64,000 nucleotides of DNA, taken from contig CBDCTJ010000007.1 in NCBI GenBank assembly GCA_965222115.1, positions 2,560,001-2,624,000 on the forward strand. Direction: 5' to 3'. Source of the DNA: Planctomycetota bacterium (GTDB lineage Bacteria; Planctomycetota; PLA2; JAEUHO01). Under the pieces are notes generated by a model. It was not told the origin of the DNA, did no database searches, and was given only the letters and a program-made list of their open reading frames with translations. This document shows positions 9,829-19,156 of this stretch, one piece after another. Every line of letters starts with the position of its first letter. The first letter of the stretch is position 1. A program made the position numbers and the translations under genes.

Positions 9829-11283
9829 CTACATTTCCGCGTCGAGCAGTAGGGCTTCCACGGCGACGCCGCCATCACCGCGTTGATGACTGAGATCCAG
9901 ACGCGACTGATCACCCGAACGGAACAGATTGCCATCGGGACCCTCTTCCAGATCAACTACGGGCTGATGGAGCGACTTGGTCTGGCGAACCACACGCCCC
10001 GACTCGCCGGTATTGAGTCGTACGCGACTGCCAACCGGGAAAATGCCCTGAGTGAGCATGAATCGCTTGAGCAGCGTGGGCTCAAAGTGTTCCTTCATGG
10101 TCATCATGATGCGGTACGCGCGCACGGGACTCATGCGCGGTTTGTAGGGGCGTACGGCCGTGAGTGCTTCGTACACATCACAGATCTTGACAATCTTGGT
10201 GACGACCGATTGACGTGTGCGGTGTACGGCACGAGGATAGCCCTGCTGACGGATGGTGCGATGGTGACCGAACGCCGCCGCCACGGCAATCGGATCGCAA
10301 TTGACCATGTCGAGCAGAATCTCTCCGCCGTACGTCGTGTGGCGCTCCATTTCGAAACGTTCTTGATCATCGAGGCGGCCCCGCTTGTGAAGCACCTCAT
10401 ACGGAACCCACGCTTTACCCACGTCGTGGAGTAGTGCGGCGAGCCCAATTTTGTGGAGCGTCTCTTCGTCGCGCGTCAGTACACGGGCAAAGTCCAGCGC
10501 CAGAAGGCACACGCGAATGCTGTGGCCAAAGGTAAATGCATCAAATTGCTCGTAGCGACTGATGCTCATCAATCCCTTGGCATCTTCACTTAGGCACTTC
10601 AAGACATCGGCTACGAAGTTCCTCGACTCGCTGACATCAATCGCATCGCCACTGCACGCGCGGACCATGACGTCCTGCATGTGGGCAACGATACCGCTAT
10701 ACAAGTGTCGTGGAATATGAACACGTTCCATGGCAGTGGGATCGATTCCCCCTTCCACACTGCCCGACACACGGAAGCCACCCGAGTCTACGCCAATGCC
10801 ATCGCCTTCGCCTTCGGAGATGGAGTAACTTCCGAGCAACTCGATGGACGTGCAGTTCTCACTCACCAAGCGCGCATTGGATTCGATGTGATTATTCGGT
10901 GCATCGGCCGGACGCGCACCCAACAGTTCAACCAGCGAACGTAGGTCGTCCACCGATACGTCTTTGCGAAAGAGCAGGCCGCCGCTTTCCAGCCGCTTGA
11001 TGGGTTCAATCACACGTGGCGCGCTCAAACTGGCACCCAGCAACGGGCGCTGGTTGTAGAACAAGAAGCCGTCCGCGATACCAAATACCAATTCATCCAA
11101 GTTTTCTTTGGCGAGTAGGGCGCGGTGCATGTCGGCCAGGGCGCGTAGTGATGTGAGCACACGCGGGTGATCGCGCCAATAGATGCGCGCGTTGGTCACA
11201 CACACCACAAGTTGATCGATAAATTCACTGGCGCCGACCGGTTGGTCCTCGGTTGCGATGCCGTGATGATGGAGTTCACACAT
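9829..11283 (-). CDS. HD-GYP domain c-di-GMP phosphodiesterase with uncharacterised N-terminal domain
   Basis: HSIRV, LLHDVGK, GHH, QGYP, ICDVYEALT.RPYK. Start placed at ATG 11283, just after the upstream stop. Confidence 0.88.
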   Translation of the reverse strand: MCELHHHGIATEDQPVGASEFIDQLVVCVTNARIYWRDHPRVLTSLRALADMHRALLAKENLDELVFGIADGFLFYNQRPLLGASLSAPRVIEPIKRLESGGLLFRKDVSVDDLRSLVELLGARPADAPNNHIESNARLVSENCTSIELLGSYSISEGEGDGIGVDSGGFRVSGSVEGGIDPTAMERVHIPRHLYSGIVAHMQDVMVRACSGDAIDVSESRNFVADVLKCLSEDAKGLMSISRYEQFDAFTFGHSIRVCLLALDFARVLTRDEETLHKIGLAALLHDVGKAWVPYEVLHKRGRLDDQERFEMERHTTYGGEILLDMVNCDPIAVAAAFGHHRTIRQQGYPRAVHRTRQSVVTKIVKICDVYEALTAVRPYKPRMSPVRAYRIMMTMKEHFEPTLLKRFMLTQGIFPVGSRVRLNTGESGRVVRQTKSLHQPVVDLEEGPDGNLFRSGDQSRLDLSHQRGDGGVAVEALLLDAEM

Positions 11284-11287
11284 GGGC

Positions 11288-13456
11288 TTAGATTTCCGCC
11301 GAGGGTTGAGCCGCGCTCTCGCGCATCGCTTGCAACACATAGCGTGCGGCGTCTCGAATGTCCTTGTGCTCTCGCTTCCAGAACGTGGGAAAGGCGCCCC
11401 ACGAAAGCAGTTCGCGTAGCACGGGTTCGGCCAAACTGGCGTCGTGGGCGGCAAGCAAATGAATGGCCTGCAGACGCCGATGATGCATGTGGTCGAGGCC
11501 TTTGGCGCTGCGCACCACGTTGCACAGGGCCAGCGTGGACACACGCGACATCAAGGCGATCTGAGACTCGCTGGGCGTCGTGTCCAGGGCCGCGCGCAAC
11601 CACTCTACCGACCATGCCGATGGCTGATCCACGACTTTGAGCACGGAACGCAAGACGGATCGCGAGTCATGATGCTGCAAAAAATTGACAATGGCATCGC
11701 GGTAGCGCGAGCCGTCTACTCGGGCAAGCATGCTCACAAACGGTGTGCTGTCTATGTGACTCAGCGAGAAGATCAGCTCGGGTCGCGGATCGGATGCGAG
11801 ACCATCACCCAGGGTGAGTTGCTTTTCGGCCGTGAGCAATCGCTGCGGACCCAGCTGCTTGACAACATCGAGCAGCTCGCGCGATTCATCGGCGTTGGTT
11901 AGATCGAGGGAATCAAAGTAGGTGACAAAGTGCTTAGGGAACTGCGAAACGGCGTTGGCCGACGTCAAGACACCGAATTCACGCAGTAGGCGCGTGCGAT
12001 CGCCACGCCTGAAGAGTCGAAACAGGCGGTCCTGCGCCAGAATGCGTTCCTCAGGAAGGGGTTGATTACCGGCGTCTTCGTTTTCCGTGGCGTCTGACCA
12101 GAAGTAGTCCACGTACTGCCGCAGGACACCGCGCTCTTCGGGACCAAGATTGTCCAGCAGCGGATCCAGCGCATCGATCAGTGCGGTGGACTTGGCGCTC
12201 TCCTCCGCCGACACCAGGTAGTGCAACAAGACGCCGATCTGCTCGGCGCGAATATCCACCTCAACTGAGGAAATTGGCTTCACGCGTTCTTGGGGCAACT
12301 TCTCAAGTTCTTTGAGAAACGAAGCCACATCGTCGGTGATTTGGTCGTCGCCGGCGTGGCCGGCCCTCTTGGGGTCGTGTTCGACTTTTTCTTGTTTGGA
12401 CCAACGCTCGAAATGATTGCCGCCCAATACGGGGGCCGCACCGTCTACCCGCATGAAGAGTTGGCGCGATACCGAGGCGATCAAGGTACCCAGCGTGTTT
12501 TCGCTTAGCGCGTCCTCCAACTCGTTTGCTTCATCTTGCCAAACGATGCGGTCCTCAAGATTCTCAAGAACGCTTTCGGCAACCCGTCGCGCCGTATCTT
12601 CCGCTGCCAACAGGCGACTTCCCATGTGCTGCACAATGCGGCGGACAAGGCGCTTGCCGTCAATACTCAGTTCCGGGGCAATGTCGTCGTCGATCTCTTC
12701 CAACAACTCTTCGCGCATGCGATCAATCGACGCCTGCGATCGATCGGCAAACGGATCGGACGTGTCGGATGCGGCGGCTGCCTGAAGCGTGTCTTGGTTG
12801 TTCTTGTGAAAGCGCTCGATGAGCCACACACGCACAGCGACGTCGCGGCTCTCCCACAACGACCGCGCAAGACGGGACTCAGGCGTGTCTTCTTCGAGGA
12901 AAGCATCGCCGTCGCCCCACGAGCGTATCGGTTTGGCCTCTTCGAGTTCAACTTCGCGCTTGGACTTGGTGTCGCGGCGGAATCCTCCGGCAAAGCGACG
13001 TTGAATCAGTTCGATGCCGAGATAGCGTTCAGGCCATAGCGATCCAAATTCGCTGTCGCCACCAATGCGCATGTGATTGCCGAGCAGGCGTTTGGTGAAC
13101 GCCACCAAACGCTCTCGATCGACATCGGGCAAAAAGCCAACGCCAGCCAAGGCGCCGCGTTCCACGCGCGATCGTAGCCACGTCAGATTGGTGTTGGGGC
13201 GCGGCGTGTGCAGGTGTTGACCCAGAAGGACTTGACTCCCCGTAAAGATCACGCGCACATGACCACCGGCATCGGTGTGTCCGGCGGCACTCGATTCCGT
13301 CAAGGCTTGTTGCAGGGCGTCCAGGGCGCGCCCCACTCGCACATTGGCCTCGGGGTAGATGGCCATTGCTTTGGTAAAATCCGCCCAGCGCTCCGCTACG
13401 GCGAGCAGCGGTTTGGGCGGAGCGTCGGCAGGAGAAATGGTCTTGGGCAGATTCAT
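11288..13456 (-). CDS. Hypothetical helical protein (HEAT-like C-terminus), co-transcribed with the HD-GYP gene
   Basis: Long ORF; likely start ATG 13456 (MNLPKT). N-terminus resembles that of the HD-GYP neighbour; C-terminus REHKDIRDAARYVL is HEAT-like. Confidence 0.7.
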   Translation of the reverse strand: MNLPKTISPADAPPKPLLAVAERWADFTKAMAIYPEANVRVGRALDALQQALTESSAAGHTDAGGHVRVIFTGSQVLLGQHLHTPRPNTNLTWLRSRVERGALAGVGFLPDVDRERLVAFTKRLLGNHMRIGGDSEFGSLWPERYLGIELIQRRFAGGFRRDTKSKREVELEEAKPIRSWGDGDAFLEEDTPESRLARSLWESRDVAVRVWLIERFHKNNQDTLQAAAASDTSDPFADRSQASIDRMREELLEEIDDDIAPELSIDGKRLVRRIVQHMGSRLLAAEDTARRVAESVLENLEDRIVWQDEANELEDALSENTLGTLIASVSRQLFMRVDGAAPVLGGNHFERWSKQEKVEHDPKRAGHAGDDQITDDVASFLKELEKLPQERVKPISSVEVDIRAEQIGVLLHYLVSAEESAKSTALIDALDPLLDNLGPEERGVLRQYVDYFWSDATENEDAGNQPLPEERILAQDRLFRLFRRGDRTRLLREFGVLTSANAVSQFPKHFVTYFDSLDLTNADESRELLDVVKQLGPQRLLTAEKQLTLGDGLASDPRPELIFSLSHIDSTPFVSMLARVDGSRYRDAIVNFLQHHDSRSVLRSVLKVVDQPSAWSVEWLRAALDTTPSESQIALMSRVSTLALCNVVRSAKGLDHMHHRRLQAIHLLAAHDASLAEPVLRELLSWGAFPTFWKREHKDIRDAARYVLQAMRESAAQPSAEI

Positions 13457-13614
13457 CCGTGTCTCACGGCGACTGCGTATGCCGCCACTATTTCTTCGGC
13501 GGTTCCTCATTCTCGGTCGTAGCGGAAAGCCCACCGGTCGGCGTTTTTTAGTATTTTGTACGCCGATCTGGGCGCGAAGGCACAGAGCCCGTCCCCCGGA
13601 TCCTGAGGTTGCTC

Positions 13615-16212
13615 CTATGCGGCGCGAACGAATGCGTCGCGGATGCCTAAAACGTTCTCCCACCGACGGATGACGAGGTCCGCGAGGAAGAGGAGCAATG
13701 CGAGGCCCAGGCACAGGGGCACAAGGTCGCGCGTGCGTACGCGGCCCGCCGGTAGGGGGGCCATCGTGAGGTTGTCGTTTCCACGCAGCATGCCGCCACA
13801 GGTTGACACAATGCGATTTGCCAGGACTTCGTTGACCCGATTGGAGACGACTTCGGTCGATGTTTCATGGACGAGGCCTGCGGACACGATCTCGGCGCCG
13901 GCCCGCGCGCGAACGAGATAGATCCCAGGGCGGCTTGGGACAAACGAACCTCGATAGCGCCCGGGGCCCGCTTGAGCGAGCGTATCCTCCGACACCTTCT
14001 CCATGCTCGAGCCGAGGGCGCCACGCGGGACGTAGTAGATCGTTGCGCGCACGTCGGCCGCGTTCTTAAACGAAGCGGCGTCTTCTAAGAGGTCCACAAT
14101 GATCTGGGCCTTACCCGATTCGCGTGCAATGCGCACATCCATGGTGCGTCCCTGGGGATTGCGCGCCATTTCGCGCAAGACTTGGCCCCAGAATTGGCCG
14201 TAGCCTTCCCAGCCCGAAACCCATAGCGCAGCCCAACGTGATTTGCAATCCGACGTAAACGCCGTGACCTTCCCAAGTCCGTATCGCCAGTGAGCAAGCA
14301 GCGGGTCGCCAATATCGGTTACCAGTGGCACCTGGCTGGTGGCTTTGGGAAGCGTGCGAACGTAACCAAGGAGCGAAGGCGCTTGATCGGCGTCCCAACC
14401 CGCCAGCATGGCATGGCGTTCCACCTGCTGGGGCTTGAAGGCCTGCTCCCGTACCATCTTGCCCAAGTGGGTGGCCGCGTCTTGGCTGAAGATCTTCGGA
14501 ATGCTAGAGGGATCCACCGTGGCGTAGTGCTTTCCACCGCCCGCTTGCGCGATGCGTTGCAACAACTGATTGTCGGCGCCATGACCCACGCCCACGGCGG
14601 ACACGGTCATACCTTCTGAGTTCATCGTTTGTGCCAGTTGCTCGTAGCCGGCGCCTTGCGAGTGGCCGTCGGTCAACACGATCATGTGCTTGACGCGTGC
14701 GCGCGTGTTCTTGAGTCCCTCGTAGCCCATCGACATGCCGGGGTAAATGTTGGTGCCGCCGCCGGCCGACAACGAGGCGATGCGGCGCTCAATCTCGCCC
14801 TTACGACCCGCGCGCATTACGGGAACCACCCACGAGGCACTGCCTGAGAATGCCACCACGCCAATGTAGTCCTTGCGACTCAACATTTCGGACGTGCCAA
14901 TGGCTGCGGCTTTACAGATGTCGATTTTGCCGCCGCCCATGGACCCCGATCGATCGATGACGAGCACAAGCGCGGTTGAATAGCGCTCCTCTTTGTCAGG
15001 CGGTTGCATGCGAACGGGCAAGATGTCTTCAATGGCCGTTCTGTAGTACCCGCCAACGCCAAAGGAGTTGACGCCACCAATCATGAGAAAGCCACCGCCC
15101 AGCTGCTCGACGTAATCCTGAACGAGTGTCATGGTGCGTTCCGGGAGGCGAAATGCCGCTACATCGGAAAACACAATGCCATCAAATACCGCCAACTCTT
15201 CAAGCGATTGAGGAATCGACTCCGGAGGGCGCACAACGAGTCGAATGCCCTCTTCTTGCATAGCATCAGGCAAGAAGTGGCCCTGTTCCGCATCACCTTC
15301 CACCAACAAAAGAAGCGGGCGTCCGCGAACTTCAACCAACGCCATGGCTTCGTTGTTCTGCGGAATTTCGTCGGTGCGATCGTCTTCAAAGCGGGCCAAG
15401 TAACGATAGAGATTGCGCTCCTCGGGCGTACGCGAAAAGGTCACGTTGCCGTCTTCGCCCGCTTTGAGCGTGACGGGTTTGCTGGCGACTTGCACGCCGT
15501 TCTCAAAAAAGAGGACGCTGCCCTTCGTGTCGTAATTGCTTTGGAGCTCTACCGTAAATTTCAGCGTGGCGCCTTCATGCGATCGTGCTTTGCTCGAACG
15601 CAAACGCACAATGCGCGCATCGGGGCGAGCCTCACCCTTTACGGCCACTACGTCAACGACCACGCCGCCAATACCCAGATCGCGGGCCGCCTCTTCGGCG
15701 TCGCCCTGCGTCTCAACAGCATCACTTACGACAACGATGCGACGTGCCACACCGGGTGGAAATAGGCCGGCCGCGAGAGACAGTCCCGCCGACAGGTCCG
15801 TGGCATGGCCCTGATCGCGCTGAAAGGCATCGTCTGGTACAAAGGAGACAGCGTCCTTCGTGGGGGGAATTAACACTTTCGGTGAAGCGGCAAAGGCCAA
15901 TGCCCCAACAAAAGCACCATCGGGGATGTGATCGAGCAGCGTAGTGACGCGTTCGGTCGCTCGCCGTAGGCCGGCTTCCCCAAGGCTCTTGCTGTGATCG
16001 ACCAAGAAGATCACCGCTTGCTCTTCGCTCGTCTCGTCGACACTGGGCATGGCAAGTGCAAGGATCAACAACGAAAGAAGCGCGGAACGCACAATGAGCA
16101 GGAGTTTCTTACGCTCGGGGCTCATGGGGTGAACCGATCGCTTGGCGGCCCACATGACCAGCAAGACCGCGGGGACGATGAGCAATAGAAGCGCGGGATG
16201 TTCGAAGCTCAA
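13615..16212 (-). CDS. BatA-like N-terminus, two VWA domains and a glutamine amidotransferase-like domain; membrane protein
   Basis: FEHPALLLL N-terminus; MIDAS motifs VDHSKS and IDRSGS with GGGT and LTDG; GGGFLMIGG.NSFG.GGY; WRYGLGKV.AFTSD; C-terminal TM. Confidence 0.88.
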   Translation of the reverse strand: MSFEHPALLLLIVPAVLLVMWAAKRSVHPMSPERKKLLLIVRSALLSLLILALAMPSVDETSEEQAVIFLVDHSKSLGEAGLRRATERVTTLLDHIPDGAFVGALAFAASPKVLIPPTKDAVSFVPDDAFQRDQGHATDLSAGLSLAAGLFPPGVARRIVVVSDAVETQGDAEEAARDLGIGGVVVDVVAVKGEARPDARIVRLRSSKARSHEGATLKFTVELQSNYDTKGSVLFFENGVQVASKPVTLKAGEDGNVTFSRTPEERNLYRYLARFEDDRTDEIPQNNEAMALVEVRGRPLLLLVEGDAEQGHFLPDAMQEEGIRLVVRPPESIPQSLEELAVFDGIVFSDVAAFRLPERTMTLVQDYVEQLGGGFLMIGGVNSFGVGGYYRTAIEDILPVRMQPPDKEERYSTALVLVIDRSGSMGGGKIDICKAAAIGTSEMLSRKDYIGVVAFSGSASWVVPVMRAGRKGEIERRIASLSAGGGTNIYPGMSMGYEGLKNTRARVKHMIVLTDGHSQGAGYEQLAQTMNSEGMTVSAVGVGHGADNQLLQRIAQAGGGKHYATVDPSSIPKIFSQDAATHLGKMVREQAFKPQQVERHAMLAGWDADQAPSLLGYVRTLPKATSQVPLVTDIGDPLLAHWRYGLGKVTAFTSDCKSRWAALWVSGWEGYGQFWGQVLREMARNPQGRTMDVRIARESGKAQIIVDLLEDAASFKNAADVRATIYYVPRGALGSSMEKVSEDTLAQAGPGRYRGSFVPSRPGIYLVRARAGAEIVSAGLVHETSTEVVSNRVNEVLANRIVSTCGGMLRGNDNLTMAPLPAGRVRTRDLVPLCLGLALLLFLADLVIRRWENVLGIRDAFVRAA

Positions 16213-16261
16213 CTACATCCCTCCCAAAATCGGAGGTGCGCCATGGGTTGTTGTGTGGCCA

Positions 16262-18229
16262 TCAGAACATGCTCCAGCGATGAAAGAGCCACGCCTCGCC
16301 AATCAACAGCAAGAGCAAAATCCAAATCAGGTGCGGGCGCAAGTCGCCCTGAAACCATGAGGATCCTCCAACCGTTGCCTCGTGTTGCTCGACGTCGGTT
16401 TCGGCCGTTGGCGGCATCGTTTCTGAATGTGAGAGTAGCGCGGCACTGCCGCGACGATCCCCAACTTGCCAGGCGCCAACGGATGTAAGCTCCAGCAACG
16501 CGCCCGAAGCCGTGGCCTGCGTCTCCTTGAGTGCGCCATGTGCATCGGGAATCAACCAGCGGACGTCTCGTGCCCCGTCATTGGCATCTGCCACGTCGAG
16601 CACGTCTCCGGTACGTCGATAGGTTGAGCGGGTTGGATCGTCGTCTTTCTGGCAACACCAAAGAATTGCGTTGCCGAGTAGCAGCGGGTAAGCGGGCGTA
16701 AACGGTAAGGACTCAGAACGCTCCGCGGAGAATCCCATGACCACAACGCGTTGCCCACGAACATCACCGGCGACAAGGAGCGGGCCGTTCGGGCCAAGCC
16801 ATAGCGGCGTCATGGGTCCGTCGCCCTCGAGCACTGTGGTTTGCGTGAGCGCCACGCGTTCGCTGGCAACGCCATAGAGCAATGGATGATCCTGGTTGAT
16901 TGCCCGCAGGTGATCTACCGGAAGACCGTCGCCCGACAGTGCTGCCGCTTCAATGGGTCCTATGGACCCCGTGGGACGCAGCACAATCGCCGGGACGTTC
17001 GTTGGCCACGTAGGCGGCAGCCATCCGTCAAAGAGCACCACGTCAACGTCGTCGCCCACTGGCTTTTCCGCGTAGGGCCACCCCGCGGGCTCCATTTCGA
17101 ACCCCTCGACTTCGCCGCCATCCATGAACGATTGCAACGCAATCTGTGTGAACGGATCGGGGTTGTCTCGCACCCACAGCACATTGAGGGGCTTACGTGG
17201 AGGCAGAGGCGCGACGACGCGGTTGTCGGACGCCAGTGCGTCGCCGGGTGTCTTTAGGTGGAACTGAACCGTATCGCCCGCTTGCCCTTCAATGGGAATC
17301 ATCAACCGAACGGGTTCGCCGGGTGGAATCGATACCTCGCGAAGTGCAACCAGTTCTTTGTCGAGGCGCACGTCCAACGAACAGGCGAGCGGCTTGTCAT
17401 CGGTACCCTGTCCGCGCAATTCAACGAAGGCTTCAAAGCGCCCGTGTTCAAGCGGAAGCGGTCGCATAGAAAACGCCGTAATGCCGGCATTGACGACTGC
17501 CGTGTCACCAATCACAAGTTGCGCGAATTCTACATCGTCCGAAAGGCCGAAATAGTGTTCTAGCGACAGTGCCTTCGGCTCCTGATCGGGTGCGTCAGTG
17601 CCTTCGATTGCAGTGCCTGAGGATTCACGTTTCGGCATGGCGAACGAGCGATCCGAAATGTGTAGAATCCGTGCGGGTTTCACCATACCCGCCAGTCGCC
17701 CAGCAAGTCGGAGGGCGCGTTCGGGATCACCGGCAACCGGTCGCGTTTCAAGCCCTCGGAGCGCCCGGCGAAATTCGCGCCGATCCAAACTGTGGGGCAC
17801 CAAAATTTCGGGCCGCTTGTCGTAACGCATAAGCAAGAGACTCGTGCCCGCGCCCAACGCAGCGATCCGGCGTTCGATTTCCTGCTTGGCCGCGTCCATG
17901 CGCGTGCGTCCTTCTGCGTCTTTCATGGCCATGGAGGCGGAGCCATCCAACACAACCACCATGCCGTTCCAACTTCCCGCCGCGGGTGACGCGATGAGTC
18001 GGCTCAATCCAAAGACGATGCACGCCAACGTAAGCACGGCAAAGAGCACGGCGAGCAGCTTCTTTAGCCGACGCAGCCAGGGCGACTCTTGGTACACCAC
18101 CGCCAACGACTTGAAGAAGGGTAGTGTGCTCACGCGCACGCGTTGGGGGCGACGCTTGAACACAAATAGCAAGATCGCCGGAACGATCAACCAAAGCAGA
18201 GCAAGTAGGGCGGGTGAAGCGAATCGCAT
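16262..18229 (-). CDS. BatA-domain/VWA-domain membrane protein
   Basis: MRFASPALLALLWLIVPAILLF (BatA-like), VLDGSASM MIDAS, DAL.SDN motif, C-terminal TM LIWILLLLLIGEAWL. Confidence 0.85.
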   Translation of the reverse strand: MRFASPALLALLWLIVPAILLFVFKRRPQRVRVSTLPFFKSLAVVYQESPWLRRLKKLLAVLFAVLTLACIVFGLSRLIASPAAGSWNGMVVVLDGSASMAMKDAEGRTRMDAAKQEIERRIAALGAGTSLLLMRYDKRPEILVPHSLDRREFRRALRGLETRPVAGDPERALRLAGRLAGMVKPARILHISDRSFAMPKRESSGTAIEGTDAPDQEPKALSLEHYFGLSDDVEFAQLVIGDTAVVNAGITAFSMRPLPLEHGRFEAFVELRGQGTDDKPLACSLDVRLDKELVALREVSIPPGEPVRLMIPIEGQAGDTVQFHLKTPGDALASDNRVVAPLPPRKPLNVLWVRDNPDPFTQIALQSFMDGGEVEGFEMEPAGWPYAEKPVGDDVDVVLFDGWLPPTWPTNVPAIVLRPTGSIGPIEAAALSGDGLPVDHLRAINQDHPLLYGVASERVALTQTTVLEGDGPMTPLWLGPNGPLLVAGDVRGQRVVVMGFSAERSESLPFTPAYPLLLGNAILWCCQKDDDPTRSTYRRTGDVLDVADANDGARDVRWLIPDAHGALKETQATASGALLELTSVGAWQVGDRRGSAALLSHSETMPPTAETDVEQHEATVGGSSWFQGDLRPHLIWILLLLLIGEAWLFHRWSMF

Positions 18230-18238
18230 GCCTAGGAA

Positions 18239-19156
18239 CTAGGCGCCTGCTAATGCGCTGCCCTTGGACAGTAGATCCAAGAACGCGCCTTCAAAGGGCG
18301 CTTCGGTGTTCCACAAGCTGTAGGCCACCTGCTTTTGCATACAGAACTGGCGTAGGTCCTCCACAAAGGCATCAAACGCGTTGGTGTATCGTTCCATGTC
18401 ACGTTTGTTGAGATGGATTCGACGCATTTCACCGGTCTCAACGTCCACCAATTGCAACTCGCCTTCCAGGCGCGGGCGGAGTTCGAGCGGATGCAGAAAC
18501 TGCACGACGTGAGTTTCCGCAGGCCAATGAAGCGCGCTCCGTAAGGATTCACGTGCCTGCGAGGGGTCGAGACTCAGAAGATCACTGAGCACAAAGACGA
18601 TGCCCTTGCGGCCCTGCCCCGGGCGAAACGCACGCAGGCACGAGAGATTGGTTTCACCTTGAAACGATAGGCCCGATAAGTGGTCGAGCACCTTGTGAAT
18701 GTGACCTTGGCCTTTGAGCGGGGGCGTGGCAATGTCAAGCGTGTCACCGAAGGTGCGCAGCGATACGCGGTGTTGGTTCATCAACGCGAGATAGGCGAGC
18801 GCAACGGCGAGCCGCAGCGACATGACGCGCTTCTCGGGGTGGGGCTCAATCATGGACGCCGAGCGGTCCAGCAGAATGTGAACGTGAAACTCTTGAATCT
18901 CTTCGAAGAGCTTTACATACAGCTTGTCCATGCGGGCATACAGCCGCCAATCGATACTTCGAAAGTCGTCGCTGGAGGTGTAGGAGCGGTAGTCCTTGAA
19001 CTCACGTGTAAATCCAAGTGCCGTGGTTTGTTCAGCGCCCTTTTTCTGAAGTTGGCGGCGCTTGCGTAGCTTGAAGAAGAGCGTACGGAGACGTCGCAAA
19101 AAGTCGGCATCAAAGAGCTGCTCGTCACTCGCATTGTCACTTACATAGTCACTCAT
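18239..19156 (-). CDS. DUF58 domain protein
   Basis: EFKDYRSY...DDFRSIDWRLYAR.DKLYVKLFEE, LLDRSASM, VLSD. ATG 19156 overlaps the upstream stop. Confidence 0.92.
   Translation of the reverse strand: MSDYVSDNASDEQLFDADFLRRLRTLFFKLRKRRQLQKKGAEQTTALGFTREFKDYRSYTSSDDFRSIDWRLYARMDKLYVKLFEEIQEFHVHILLDRSASMIEPHPEKRVMSLRLAVALAYLALMNQHRVSLRTFGDTLDIATPPLKGQGHIHKVLDHLSGLSFQGETNLSCLRAFRPGQGRKGIVFVLSDLLSLDPSQARESLRSALHWPAETHVVQFLHPLELRPRLEGELQLVDVETGEMRRIHLNKRDMERYTNAFDAFVEDLRQFCMQKQVAYSLWNTEAPFEGAFLDLLSKGSALAGA

Noticed and set aside
16212-16264. Read-through of the TGA ending the BatA-VWA gene into the next VWA gene
   Set aside because: The next gene is in a different frame (52-nt offset) and the protein already ends at its typical C-terminal TM.
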